From Thermoproteota archaeon (GTDB lineage Archaea > Thermoproteota > Thermoprotei_A > Sulfolobales > Ignisphaeraceae), in NCBI GenBank assembly GCA_030550585.1, contig JAUQPB010000002.1, positions 224,001 to 288,000 of the forward strand: a stretch of DNA of 64,000 nt, in the 5' to 3' direction. Both the position numbers and the translations under genes were made by a program. Positions 1 to 9,963 of the stretch are shown here, piece by piece. Numbering within the stretch: position 1 is the stretch's first letter; the number at the start of each line of letters is the position of its first letter. The notes under the pieces are model-generated. The model saw nothing but the letters and a program-made list of their open reading frames with translations, had not been told where the DNA came from and searched no databases.

Positions 1-868
1 TGAACAAGGCTATAGGGTCTCCATTAACTATTGTTTTCAGCGGTATGACGAAGCTGCAGTTGGGGTTTTGAACCATTGCTATGTAGCCATAGTAGTCAAC
101 AGCTATTGTAGCAGCAAACTCACCTCTTATGACATAGTCTCTCGCATCTGACGCAGAGTCAATTATCTTTGAGTTTGCCGCTAGAAGCGTGAGGTATTTC
201 CACCCGTTGTCCCATCCATAAGCCTCTAAGATGATTTCGTATATTCTTAGATGGCTTGTACTCTTAAGGGGGTTTGCAATAACTATTGCTGGAGAGCCAT
301 AGACATTTATAACCCTTCCATATTCGGGGCTTGTCAAGTTACTCCAATCAATTGGCTTTGGAATGCCATAGTCTTTCAACAGCTTGTTGTTTGTGATTAT
401 CCCAAAGCTTGATATCGCCTGTGCAACCCAATACACATTTCCATCGCTTCCATATCTCTTCATCGGCGCTCCAAGTATTGTGTCCGGTATCTTGCTTAGA
501 GCCTCTCTAACCTCGTTGGATGTTAGAGGAGCTAGCCAACCCTCTCTGTAAAGCGAGTCGAAGAGTGAGGGGCCACCACCCCAGCCAACATCTGCACCAT
601 GACTCTTGAGATAGTCTCTCCACTGTCCAGAGTCTAGAGAGAGGAACTGTACATCAACGATATTATACTTCTTGGCAATGTCGCTCTTCAGAAATGCGTC
701 GCGAGCCAAATTGAGAAGGTCTTGGGGATGCCTTGTTAATACAACAAGTGTGATCGCTTCTTTTTTGCTACCTGCGACAAAGAGATAGTATATTGAGGCT
801 CCTGCAACAACAATAAGAACTACTACTATTATAACGACAACTGTTTTTGATACACCCTTCAACAACAT
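1..868 (-). CDS. ABC transporter substrate-binding protein, Fe3+/thiamine (AfuA/FbpA-like) family; partial, runs off window start
   Basis: Manual translation from ATG at 868: MLLKGVSKTVVVIIVVVLIVVAGAS (membrane anchor) ... ADVGWGGGPSLFDSL ... IANPLKSTSH, typical of family-1 solute-binding proteins. Not in the ORF track because it is truncated by the window edge. Confidence 0.8.
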   Translation of the reverse strand, partial: MLLKGVSKTVVVIIVVVLIVVAGASIYYLFVAGSKKEAITLVVLTRHPQDLLNLARDAFLKSDIAKKYNIVDVQFLSLDSGQWRDYLKSHGADVGWGGGPSLFDSLYREGWLAPLTSNEVREALSKIPDTILGAPMKRYGSDGNVYWVAQAISSFGIITNNKLLKDYGIPKPIDWSNLTSPEYGRVINVYGSPAIVIANPLKSTSHLRIYEIILEAYGWDNGWKYLTLLAANSKIIDSASDARDYVIRGEFAATIAVDYYGYIAMVQNPNCSFVIPLKTIVNGDPIALF

Positions 869-1002
869 AGACCATCAAGTATATCAGTTTTGCAGAAGGG
901 ATATAAATCTTTGTTTTCTACAGCTATACACAATTTTACATGAGCTATGTTACATATACCTCTATATAAAATAAAATCTCTAAGCGATATCGAATCTTTG
1001 GG

Positions 1003-1050
1003 ATGAAGAAACGCATCCTTAATGATAGATGATTGGGAGGACTCCTCTGA
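1003..1050 (+). ncRNA. C/D-box methylation guide sRNA
   Basis: ATGAAGA (C, 1003-1009), 12-nt guide, ATGA (D', 1022-1025), ATGATTG (C', 1029-1035), 11-nt guide, CTGA (D, 1047-1050). Flanking TGG/CCA could pair, and TATATAAA lies at ~963-970. Confidence 0.7.
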
Positions 1051-1263
1051 CCACGCAAAAGATGTTACTATGTGGGCTTTGGTGTTTAAGCCGAGAGCTG
1101 TTGTTTACATAGCTGGCTCAAGTTTGTTTCTAATAAATCAAGGTGTTGAAGGTATTGCTTATGGTCTAGAATTAAATGAGGTTGTTCATATGTGTAGTGA
1201 ATACATTTAATAGCTGAGGTTAAGCTGCTGCAAAAATCTATGTAGAGTTTCTAAAGCTTCTAG

Positions 1264-2271
1264 CTATATCCAAGCGAATTTTTCCTTGCCTAGAAACTCT
1301 CTAACAGTTTTCCTTACAGCTTCTTTCGATGAGAGCCTAGGCCTCCACTGGGTCAAGCTAACAATCTTTGATATGTCGAGAAGCATGAACTTTACGTCGC
1401 CTGGCCATCCTCTGCCGTCAGGAGTTACCCGGACATACTTATACTGTACATTCTTGAGGTTCATTTCGTCGACCACTATGTCTGCTATCTCCTTAACTGT
1501 AATCCAATCGTTATTCCCAATGTTGAATACATGGAACCCTTTATTGTTTTTAGCATATAGCGTAATGGCCATTGTGGCTTCTATGGTGTCTGACACATGT
1601 AAATAGCTTTTTCTTTGCGTGCCATCGCCAAGAATCTCTAGCGTAGTTGGATTATTCCTCAACTTATTTATGAAGTCTATTATAACCCCATGGTTGGATC
1701 TATAGCCGATAATGTTAGCATATCTTCCAATAGCAATACTAAAACCATATAGATGAGAGTAAGAGTGGTAGAGCATTTCACAAGCAGCCTTAGATGCTCC
1801 ATAGACAGAGATAGGCCTTAGAGCATAGTCTTCAGGTGTCGGGATCTTCTCTGCATCTCCGTAGACAGTTGAGGAACTTGCAAAGAAATGCAACTTAACA
1901 TCATTTAATCTAGAAGCCTCTAGAACATTAAATGTTGCAACAACATTTTCATTGAAATGAGTTCTAGGTTCAATAGATGATACTCTAACTTCTGGATTGG
2001 CAGCAAAATGAAAAACAGTATCAGCCTCTCTGAAAACATCAACCCACTTTCTATCAAAAAACTTTAAATCTGCATTAACTAAAACAAAATACTCTTTTCC
2101 AAGGTGATGCTCAACATTTTTGAGAGAGCCACTGCTAAAGTTATCTATAACAACAATTTTCTTAGCCAAACTCTTTGCAACAAGATAATCTACTAAGTGA
2201 CTACCGATAAAACCAGCCCCACCAGTAACAACAACTTTCTCAAAAATCTCTTGTTTCATAGTTAAACACAC
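1264..2271 (-). CDS. NAD-dependent nucleotide-sugar epimerase/dehydratase (UDP-glucose 4-epimerase-like)
   Basis: VTGGAGFIG Rossmann motif, ASSSTVYG, YGASK catalytic motif, GRGWPGDV. Confidence 0.9.
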   Translation of the reverse strand: MCLTMKQEIFEKVVVTGGAGFIGSHLVDYLVAKSLAKKIVVIDNFSSGSLKNVEHHLGKEYFVLVNADLKFFDRKWVDVFREADTVFHFAANPEVRVSSIEPRTHFNENVVATFNVLEASRLNDVKLHFFASSSTVYGDAEKIPTPEDYALRPISVYGASKAACEMLYHSYSHLYGFSIAIGRYANIIGYRSNHGVIIDFINKLRNNPTTLEILGDGTQRKSYLHVSDTIEATMAITLYAKNNKGFHVFNIGNNDWITVKEIADIVVDEMNLKNVQYKYVRVTPDGRGWPGDVKFMLLDISKIVSLTQWRPRLSSKEAVRKTVREFLGKEKFAWI

Positions 2272-2435
2272 TTAACAACCCAGAAAGTGAAGATAAAGAA
2301 AATTTAAGCATTTTTCTCTTAAAAGTTTGAAATATTATAAACCTGTTCATAAGCCAAGTTCTCTCTATCAAATACCTATAGCCTTTAATATCATAGAATA
2401 GAAATTAAATGAACTATTTCAATTTGAAGAAAACT

Positions 2436-3401
2436 CTATTTTTGATAAAGCCAGCATTTAACAATAACATCTCCTATTGCAATAGTTGGAGGCTCTGATT
2501 TAAAGCATATGTCTTTTGCATGTGGGCATCTACCAGCATATTTACATCCTTTTGCAATAAACTCTTTCTCTTCAATTGTTGCTGAAAGTTTTATAGCACT
2601 TAGCCACTTGTTTCTCAATCTAATATCTGGTATTGGAACTGAAAGCAATAGTGTTTGGGTATAGGGGTGTAGTGGCTCGCTTAAAACCTTTTCAACAGGT
2701 CCTTGCTCAACAACCCAACCTCTATACATTATAGCTATCCAGTCACTTATATAGTAAGCTGTTGAGAGATCGTGCGTTATGTATATAAAAGATATTTTTA
2801 AATCATCTTTCAATTCTTTGAATAAATTAACAATATTTATTCTTAGAGATGCATCAAGCATTGAAACGGGTTCATCAGCTATTATAAGTCTTGGCTTTGT
2901 AATTAATGCTCTTGCAATTGAAACTCTCTGAAGCTCTCCACCAGAAAACTCATGTGGATACTTACCAACAACCTTCTCAAGATTTAGCCCAACTCTTCTC
3001 AAAACCTCGTCTATATAACCATCAATTTCATCTCTACTTAAACCAGCAACGTTCTTAGCAGTGTCATAGAGATATCCATAGACCTTTCTAAGGGGGTTAA
3101 AAGCTGCGTAAGGATCTTGGAAAACAGCTTGCACTTCCTTTTTAAACCACTTCATTTCACTTGAAGATAACTTGAAAATATCTTTACCCTTATACAAAAC
3201 ACTTCCATATTCGGGTCTATGAACACCTAGTATTATTCTAGCAAGTGTTGTTTTACCGGATCCGGATTCCCCAGCCAACGTAAATATAAATGGCTTATCC
3301 TCTAATGAAATATTTATATTGTCTACAGCCTTAAATGAAAATCCGAAAAAGCCATATCTAAAAATCTTTGTTACATTCTTTAATTCTAAAAGCATAGCCA
3401 T
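2436..3401 (-). CDS. Oligopeptide/sugar ABC transporter ATP-binding subunit (OppF/DppF-like)
   Basis: GESGSGKTT Walker A, FSGGELQR signature, ADEP Walker B, C-terminal oligo_HPY Cys motif. Confidence 0.92.
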   Translation of the reverse strand: MAMLLELKNVTKIFRYGFFGFSFKAVDNINISLEDKPFIFTLAGESGSGKTTLARIILGVHRPEYGSVLYKGKDIFKLSSSEMKWFKKEVQAVFQDPYAAFNPLRKVYGYLYDTAKNVAGLSRDEIDGYIDEVLRRVGLNLEKVVGKYPHEFSGGELQRVSIARALITKPRLIIADEPVSMLDASLRINIVNLFKELKDDLKISFIYITHDLSTAYYISDWIAIMYRGWVVEQGPVEKVLSEPLHPYTQTLLLSVPIPDIRLRNKWLSAIKLSATIEEKEFIAKGCKYAGRCPHAKDICFKSEPPTIAIGDVIVKCWLYQK

Positions 3402-3407
3402 GTAAAT

Positions 3408-4397
3408 TCACCTCCTAATATATAGCCAGCATGAAACAAATCTATTCTTTTCAATTTCAATCATAGGCGGCTCCTCCTTTCTACAAATATCCATTGCAAA
3501 TGGGCACCTAGGATGGAATCTACAACCAGGTGGAGGATTCCTCAAATCTGGTGGAGACCCAGCCAAACCTGTTCTAAGCGTTTTGTCACCTATTCTTGGA
3601 AGAGAGTCTATTAAAGCTTTTGTGTATGGATGTAGAGGTTTTTCAAATATGTCTTCTGTTCTTCCAATTTCAACAACTTTACCAGCATACATGACAGCCA
3701 GTTTATTTGTGACCATAGCATGAACACCCATGTCATGCGATACCAAAACCACTGTGTTTTTTAATTCACTTTGCTTATTGAGAAGTATTTGAAGAACACC
3801 TCTCTGTACAACAACATCAAGAGCACTCGTAGGCTCATCAGCTAAAACGACCTTTGGTTTAAGCAACAATGCAAGCGCTATAACAACTCTTTGCCTCATA
3901 CCACCTGAAAGCTGGTGGGGATAGGCATCCAAAACAGATTTGGATAGTCCAAAACTTTCAACATATTCAGTGGCAATTTTCAACGCATCATCTTTATCTA
4001 TTCTCTCATGTGTTGTTAAAATCTCTACAAAATGATCTTTTATTTTCTCAACAGGATTCAAAACATTCATTGCATTTTGAGGAATCCATGAAATCTCCTT
4101 CCACCAAACTCTGGATCTCCTTAGCTCAGATGAAATTGAGAGAACATCAATATAACTATCATTAGATGTGAATATTTTTATATTACCTCTTAAAACTTTT
4201 AATGGTGATATGATATATCCATACATAATTTTTAGAAGAGTTGATTTGCCACAACCAGATTCTCCAGCAATACCAAACACAACATTATCATCAATACTAA
4301 TACTTACATTGCTTACAGCATCAACATAAATCTTCTTCCCCAAAGACTCAAACTCATAACCTCCAACAACATTCTCAACAGACAATAATACACCCAT
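3408..4397 (-). CDS. Oligopeptide/sugar ABC transporter ATP-binding subunit (OppD/DppD-like)
   Basis: GESGCGKST, LSGGMRQR, PLHPYT...GCRFHPRCP. Confidence 0.92.
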   Translation of the reverse strand: MGVLLSVENVVGGYEFESLGKKIYVDAVSNVSISIDDNVVFGIAGESGCGKSTLLKIMYGYIISPLKVLRGNIKIFTSNDSYIDVLSISSELRRSRVWWKEISWIPQNAMNVLNPVEKIKDHFVEILTTHERIDKDDALKIATEYVESFGLSKSVLDAYPHQLSGGMRQRVVIALALLLKPKVVLADEPTSALDVVVQRGVLQILLNKQSELKNTVVLVSHDMGVHAMVTNKLAVMYAGKVVEIGRTEDIFEKPLHPYTKALIDSLPRIGDKTLRTGLAGSPPDLRNPPPGCRFHPRCPFAMDICRKEEPPMIEIEKNRFVSCWLYIRR

Positions 4398-4407
4398 AAA
4401 ACCACCC

Positions 4408-5301
4408 CTATCTTTGTCTCAGCCTTGGATTGAAGTACTCCTGAAGAGAGAAGGAGATTAGGTACAGTGATATAAAGATCAGTATCAATACAACTATAGG
4501 AGGCATTATCCACCACAGCTTACCTCTATAAAGCGCCCCATAGTGCTGAGCCCAATAAATCATTGTACCCAATGTATCTTTATCTAATATGGAAAGTCCT
4601 AGAATTGCTAATCCAGCTTCTGAGCCTATAGCATATAAAACAGTATTAGTCGCATTTATTAAATGCCAACCTAGAATAAATGGCATGAGTTCTGCTACCA
4701 CAATTTTAAATGTGCTAGCACCAGAAAGTTTAGCTGTTAACACAAAATCTCTTTCTCTTAAACTTAACACAATCGCTCTTACTTGTCTGGCAGGCCAAGG
4801 CCAAGACGTTATCGATATCATAAGTCCTAGTATAGGAATAGTAATATGATCTTTAAGTACAAATGCCAAGACCAGTAGTAGTGGAAAGCCAGGAATAGTA
4901 ATAAATGTATCTGTGACTAACATAAGTAGTCTATCGATTAAACCGCCTTTTAACCCGGCTATAAGCCCTATTAACAATCCAACATTGGCTGCTACAAGTG
5001 TTATTATAGTTGCTATTATCAATGAGTTCACTATTGCATTCGTTAAACTCCAGAAAACAGATCTGCCATTACTAGTTGTACCTAATATCAAATCGATTGA
5101 TTGAAGCGATGGTGGCAGATCCTTTCTAAAATAATACCAAAACGTATAATATGATGGAGAAAATATTGATATTAAACCTAAGGCAAGTATACCTAAAAAC
5201 ATTGTGAAGCCCAGCCTAAACTTCAAGTCTCTTCTATACAACTCTTTGAACCCTTTTAATATACCTTTTAATATATTGTAAAACGATACCAGATTAACCA
5301 T
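4408..5301 (-). CDS. ABC transporter permease (OppC/DppC-like)
   Basis: LGTTSNGRSV, multiple TM helices, EAA-like loop (DFVLTAKLSGAS), NPRLR C-terminus. Confidence 0.9.
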   Translation of the reverse strand: MVNLVSFYNILKGILKGFKELYRRDLKFRLGFTMFLGILALGLISIFSPSYYTFWYYFRKDLPPSLQSIDLILGTTSNGRSVFWSLTNAIVNSLIIATIITLVAANVGLLIGLIAGLKGGLIDRLLMLVTDTFITIPGFPLLLVLAFVLKDHITIPILGLMISITSWPWPARQVRAIVLSLRERDFVLTAKLSGASTFKIVVAELMPFILGWHLINATNTVLYAIGSEAGLAILGLSILDKDTLGTMIYWAQHYGALYRGKLWWIMPPIVVLILIFISLYLISFSLQEYFNPRLRQR

Positions 5302-5310
5302 ATTGATAAC

Positions 5311-6159
5311 TCACCTATACCTAACTCTAGGATCTATGAATGGGTAAATTAAGTCTATTATTAATGTAGCTGTAGCGACACCAATTATAGATAGAGACAA
5401 TATAGTCATAGCAGTAGCGTAGTCGCCCATTCCAACAGCTCGATAAAGTAGTTGACCAAGACCTGGATAGGCAAAGATGACTTCGGTTAATAGCGCACCA
5501 CCAAATATATTACCTAGTGATAGAGCCAATGCTGTTGTTTGAGGCAACAAAATATTTCTCATAATATATCTCCTGAATATTAAGTCTCTTGGCAATCCTC
5601 TCAACTCGGCATACAAATAATAATCCTCTGACATAACATTAAGTGTTAATGTACTTGAGCTTAAAAACCACCACCCAAGCATGCTAGGCAAGATTATTGA
5701 TAAAGCTGGTAAGAAAGATCTATATATTATATCAAATATTGTTGTTAGAGATATTTCGCTAACTGGAGCGCCACCGGTGAGAGGGAAAAGAGGGATTAGG
5801 TAGGCAAAAAGATAAACTAAAACCAAAGCCATTATGTAATAAGGAATTGGATACAGTGTTAATGCCATCGCTTGCAACACCTTTGAGATCCTAGATCCTC
5901 TTCTAAACGACGAAATAGCGCCCAAAACATTACCTATAACCCATGAAATTATGGTAGTTGTTGCCAACAAGCCTATTGTCCATGGTAGTTGTCTCCACAC
6001 TAGGTACTTGGCGGGGGTTGGAAAAGATATAGTCGACGGACCAAAATCCATTGTGAGAAACCTTCTTAGAAAAGTTATGTATTGATCCCATAAACTGCCC
6101 TTTAAACCAAAAATCTCATATAAACTCTCTCTAAGGGCTATCAATGCCTGAGGATCTAC
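5311..6159 (-). pseudogene. ABC transporter permease (OppB/DppB-like), N-terminally truncated
   Basis: DFGPS...LPWT...FAYPGLG...DPRVRY motifs are present. The reading frame begins abruptly at VDPQALIALRE and lacks the first TM helix and a proper start. Confidence 0.7.
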
Positions 6160-7184
6160 GGCTTATCTGCATATATGTATCTAACTAATGGTAATACATT
6201 AGGTATTGGAGCAGAGCCATCTGGTCCTACAAATGCATTGTATATCGCATAGAAGTCTATCGCAAATGTAAGAGCTCTCCTAACTTCTGTTATATTATAT
6301 GGGTATCTTAAAACATTGAATCCAATACCCTTTACACAAGCATCAAATGGCCACGCAAATGGCGGTTGACTCCTCCAACCGCCTATATATGGATTGGCCT
6401 TCCAAACAATTTCGAAGTTTTCTGGTAGGAAGGTTCTAATAGCATCCAATTCATGTCTTGACATAGCCAGGGCTTTCTTTTCTTCTGGGCCTTGATGTAT
6501 GAACAACACATATTTTGGCCCAGGCTTTATACCATATAGTTTTGTGCCCCACCAATTCTCATTTCTCTCCCATAGGAACCAAGTACCGCCTGGATCAACA
6601 TCTTTTAGAACATATGGCCCTAGACATACTGGTGGATAGAATTTATATGCAACTGGATCCTCAACCTTTTCCCATATATGTTTTGGAAGTAGATGTGGAA
6701 TTGATGCTCCATATATTATCACTGTCCAGTAATAGTGGAATCTTGGATTAGGCTGTTTAAGTTCTATAACAACCGTATAGTTATCAAGTTTATAGTATTT
6801 ATCAACCCACGGCGTTAAGGTGTAATAACAGCCAAACTTTGGATTCTTCATACATATGTCAATGGTGAATAGTACATCATCTGCTGTGAAAGGTGTTCCA
6901 TCACTCCATGTAACACCTTTTCTAAGGTATATCTTCACAGTTTTGAGATCTGGTGAGTATTCTGGTGGTGCTGCAGCTGCATATGATATTAATTCGCTAT
7001 TTGTTGTATTAATATACCATAAATGTCCTGCACATACTTGGCTCATACCATTGCCTCCAATAGAAGGCTTACCTGGTACAAAGAAGTTAAAGTCGTATGG
7101 ATCTACAAATACACCCCAGTGATTTTCGACAACAAGAACATCTCCTCTTGGAACTCCTGGTGGCAGAGGTAACTGTGCTTCAAC
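6156..7184 (-). pseudogene. Family-5 (OppA/DppA-like) substrate-binding protein fragment
   Basis: LRKGVTWSDGTPFTADDV signature. The frame extends upstream of the track ORF to ~7184 (VEAQLPLPPGVPRGDVLVVE) but is preceded directly by TAA, so there is no signal peptide. It stops after ~340 codons, lacking the C-terminal half. Confidence 0.75.
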
Positions 7185-7416
7185 TTATATATGATTTAAC
7201 CCCCTAGTTGCTATACATAATTGTTAGAGTCTGTAATCTTTTTATAGTGGTGGTGAATATCTAAAGCTTAAATTTGTATATTTCAAAAGTATTAGCAAAG
7301 GATTTTGTTGACTGGATTTTGTAGTTGTATAATAAATAGAAAGTTGAATTACGTAAACAGACGCCTGTTTGTAGATGAACTAAGTAAAATATGCTCTTCA
7401 CGGGGGTAGAGATCTT

Positions 7417-8439
7417 ATGCCACTAGCTATAGTTGTTGGTGGCTTCTTTGGCGATGAGGGCAAGGGCAAGGTGGCAGCATATCTTGCACTAGCTGATAAC
7501 CCGTCTATTGCTGTTAGGTGTGGCTCTATAAATGCTGGTCATACAGTTGTCTATGGCGGTAGAACATGGAAGCTTAGACTCGTTCCATCGTTTTTTGTCA
7601 ACAGAAATGTGAGGCTTATGATTGCGGCAGGGGCTTTGATAAGACTCGACGTGTTCTTTAGTGAGGTTGAGGAGACTGGTGTTAGGGACAGGATATTTGT
7701 TGACAGAAATGCTGGTGTTATTGAGGATAGGCATGTTGAGGCTGAGAAGAGGGATGCTTTTTTAGTCAAAGACGTTGGCTCAACATTGCAGGGAGTAGGA
7801 TTTGCGATGTCTGACAGGGTTTTGAGGAGGCTTAGGCTTGCCAAAGATTTTGATGTGTTAAGAGATTATCTTGTAGATGTATCGCTGGAGGTTAATAGCG
7901 CTATCGATAGAGGGGAGATTGTCTATATAGAGGGTGTTCAAGGAACCTTTCTAAGCCTGTATCACGGCACATACCCATATGTTACAAGTAGAGATACAAC
8001 AGCATCAGCCTTTGCTTCAGAGGTTGGTGTCGGTCCTAAGAAGGTTGACGAGGTTATAGTTGTTTTCAAATCATATGTCACAAGAGTTGGTGGAGGCCCT
8101 CTAGAGGGTGAGCTCCCACCCGAGGAGGCTGAGAGGCTTGGACTAGTTGAAGTAGCTACTGTTACCGGTAGAAGAAGAAGGGTAGCGCTATTCAATGTAG
8201 AGCTTGCTAAGAGAGCAATAATGCTGAATTCCGCAACCCAAGTGGCTATAACTAGACTCGACGCCCTCTATCCAAACGATAAGTGTGTTAGAGAGTGGGG
8301 CAAACTATCAAAAGAAGCTAGAAACTGGGTAGAAAACATAGAGAGTTCTCTAAAAACTCCAATAACAATTATTGGCACAGGAGAAGATGCTTTATGCACA
8401 ATCGATAGACGAAAAGAGCTTGGATTGGGGTGGAGATAA
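7417..8439 (+). CDS. purA: Adenylosuccinate synthetase (short archaeal type)
   Basis: GDEGKGK, NAGHTV, EGVQG...YHGTYPYVTS, TVTGRRRR. Confidence 0.96.
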   Translation: MPLAIVVGGFFGDEGKGKVAAYLALADNPSIAVRCGSINAGHTVVYGGRTWKLRLVPSFFVNRNVRLMIAAGALIRLDVFFSEVEETGVRDRIFVDRNAGVIEDRHVEAEKRDAFLVKDVGSTLQGVGFAMSDRVLRRLRLAKDFDVLRDYLVDVSLEVNSAIDRGEIVYIEGVQGTFLSLYHGTYPYVTSRDTTASAFASEVGVGPKKVDEVIVVFKSYVTRVGGGPLEGELPPEEAERLGLVEVATVTGRRRRVALFNVELAKRAIMLNSATQVAITRLDALYPNDKCVREWGKLSKEARNWVENIESSLKTPITIIGTGEDALCTIDRRKELGLGWR

Positions 8440-9866
8440 TGGAGAAGCAATACGATGTTGCAATAATTGGTGGGGGTGTAGCAGGGCTTTTTGCAGCATA
8501 TGAGCTTTCAACCCATGGATTTGGAAAGCTGAGGGTGGCCATCGTTGAGATGGGTAGCGAAAATCCGTTTAGAACATGTCCAATGCTCAACCTAAAGAAG
8601 CTTGCAAGAGATAAGGAATGTGCTCTGTGCAAACCGTGCAATGTTATGTCAGGTGTTGGAGGGGCTATAACATTTAGTAGTGGAACCATGAATCTTAGAC
8701 CAGATGTTGGAGGGGATCTGGACAAGCTCCTCGGCAGCTGGGAAGAGGCTGAGAAGCTGATACAATATGTTGACAGCGTGCTGGTAAAGTTTGGTGCTCC
8801 AGATAACCTATATGCGATTGACTATGAGCAGACCTCGGAGCTCGAGAGACTAGCTGCAAAAGCCGGTGCAAAGTTTGTTCCAACGCCTCAGAGGCTCATA
8901 GGCTCTGAGAACATGCCCAAGGTCATAGCAAACATGGTTGACTATTTGAAGAGCAGGGGTGTGGAGATACATGGGCATACAGAGGTTACAGACATCGAGC
9001 ATGCAGAGAATAGGATAAGGCTTAAAACAACAAAGCTAGACATAGTATCTAGATATGTTATTATAGCACCTGGAAGAATTGGGGCTGAATGGTTTTCCCA
9101 ACTAGCAAAGAGAAGGGGTATAGATGTTGAGCCCGGCCCACTGGACATTGGTGTAAGGGTCGAGGTTCCAGCATATGTCACTGAGCCTATAACAAAGCTT
9201 GTCAGAGATCCGAAGATAATAATGTATACGAAGAGCTATGACGATAAAGCAAGAACATTTTGCACAAATCCAAATGGGCTTGTTGTTGAGGAGAGGTATC
9301 CAGACGACTCGGTTGGTGTGAATGGAGAGAGTTTTGCAACAATAAAAAGCAAGAACACGAACTTTGCGTTGCTAATAACAGTTAGGCTCACAGACCCCTT
9401 TGAAGATACCATAGCATATGGGAAAAGCATAGCCAGACTGGCGACAAAGCTTGGCGGTGGGAGACCAATCATCCAGAGGTTTGGCGATTTAGAGGCTGGG
9501 AGAAGGAGTACATGGTCAAGAATAGAAAGGAGTGTTGTAGATCCGACACTAAAATCTGTAACGCCGGGAGACATAGCCATGGCCTACCCCTACAGAGTAG
9601 TTGTCAATATAATAGAGGCTCTAAAGAGGTTAGACATAATAATGCCTGGAATAGCATCGCCACAAACACTCCTATACGCACCAGAAATAAAATTCTACAG
9701 CACGAGAGCCAGAGTCAGCAGAGAACTTGAAACAAACTTGAAGAACGTCTTTGTTGCTGGGGATGGGGTAGGGCTCTCAAGAGGTATGAACGTAGCAGCT
9801 GCAACAGGAGTAATAGCCGCCAGATCCATACTAAAGAGAGAGGGTATCGAGTTTGAAGACGGCTAG
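8439..9866 (+). CDS. FAD-dependent oxidoreductase (uncharacterised COG2509-like) with N-terminal Cys cluster
   Basis: IIGGGVAG FAD motif, CPM..C..C..C, RTFCTNPNG, NTNFALL, YAPEIKFYS, AGDGVG. The probable start ATG at 8439 overlaps the purA stop (TAATG). Confidence 0.85.
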   Translation: MEKQYDVAIIGGGVAGLFAAYELSTHGFGKLRVAIVEMGSENPFRTCPMLNLKKLARDKECALCKPCNVMSGVGGAITFSSGTMNLRPDVGGDLDKLLGSWEEAEKLIQYVDSVLVKFGAPDNLYAIDYEQTSELERLAAKAGAKFVPTPQRLIGSENMPKVIANMVDYLKSRGVEIHGHTEVTDIEHAENRIRLKTTKLDIVSRYVIIAPGRIGAEWFSQLAKRRGIDVEPGPLDIGVRVEVPAYVTEPITKLVRDPKIIMYTKSYDDKARTFCTNPNGLVVEERYPDDSVGVNGESFATIKSKNTNFALLITVRLTDPFEDTIAYGKSIARLATKLGGGRPIIQRFGDLEAGRRSTWSRIERSVVDPTLKSVTPGDIAMAYPYRVVVNIIEALKRLDIIMPGIASPQTLLYAPEIKFYSTRARVSRELETNLKNVFVAGDGVGLSRGMNVAAATGVIAARSILKREGIEFEDG

Positions 9867-9907
9867 AAATAAGAACAATGATGGCCGACTATATTAAGGT
9901 AGCGTCT

Positions 9908-9957
9908 ATGATGATGGGCCTAAGCACTGATACTATGATGATAATTGCACGTGCTGA
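9908..9957 (+). ncRNA. C/D-box methylation guide sRNA
   Basis: Canonical boxes: ATGATGA (9908-14), 12-nt guide, CTGA (9927-30), ATGATGA (9935-41), 12-nt guide, CTGA (9954-57), in the gap between convergent genes. Confidence 0.92.
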
Positions 9958-9963
9958 TTAGAG

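Noticed and set aside
1022-1210. 62-aa ORF in the track
   Set aside because: Its ATG is the D' box of a C/D sRNA candidate, and it has no recognisable protein features.
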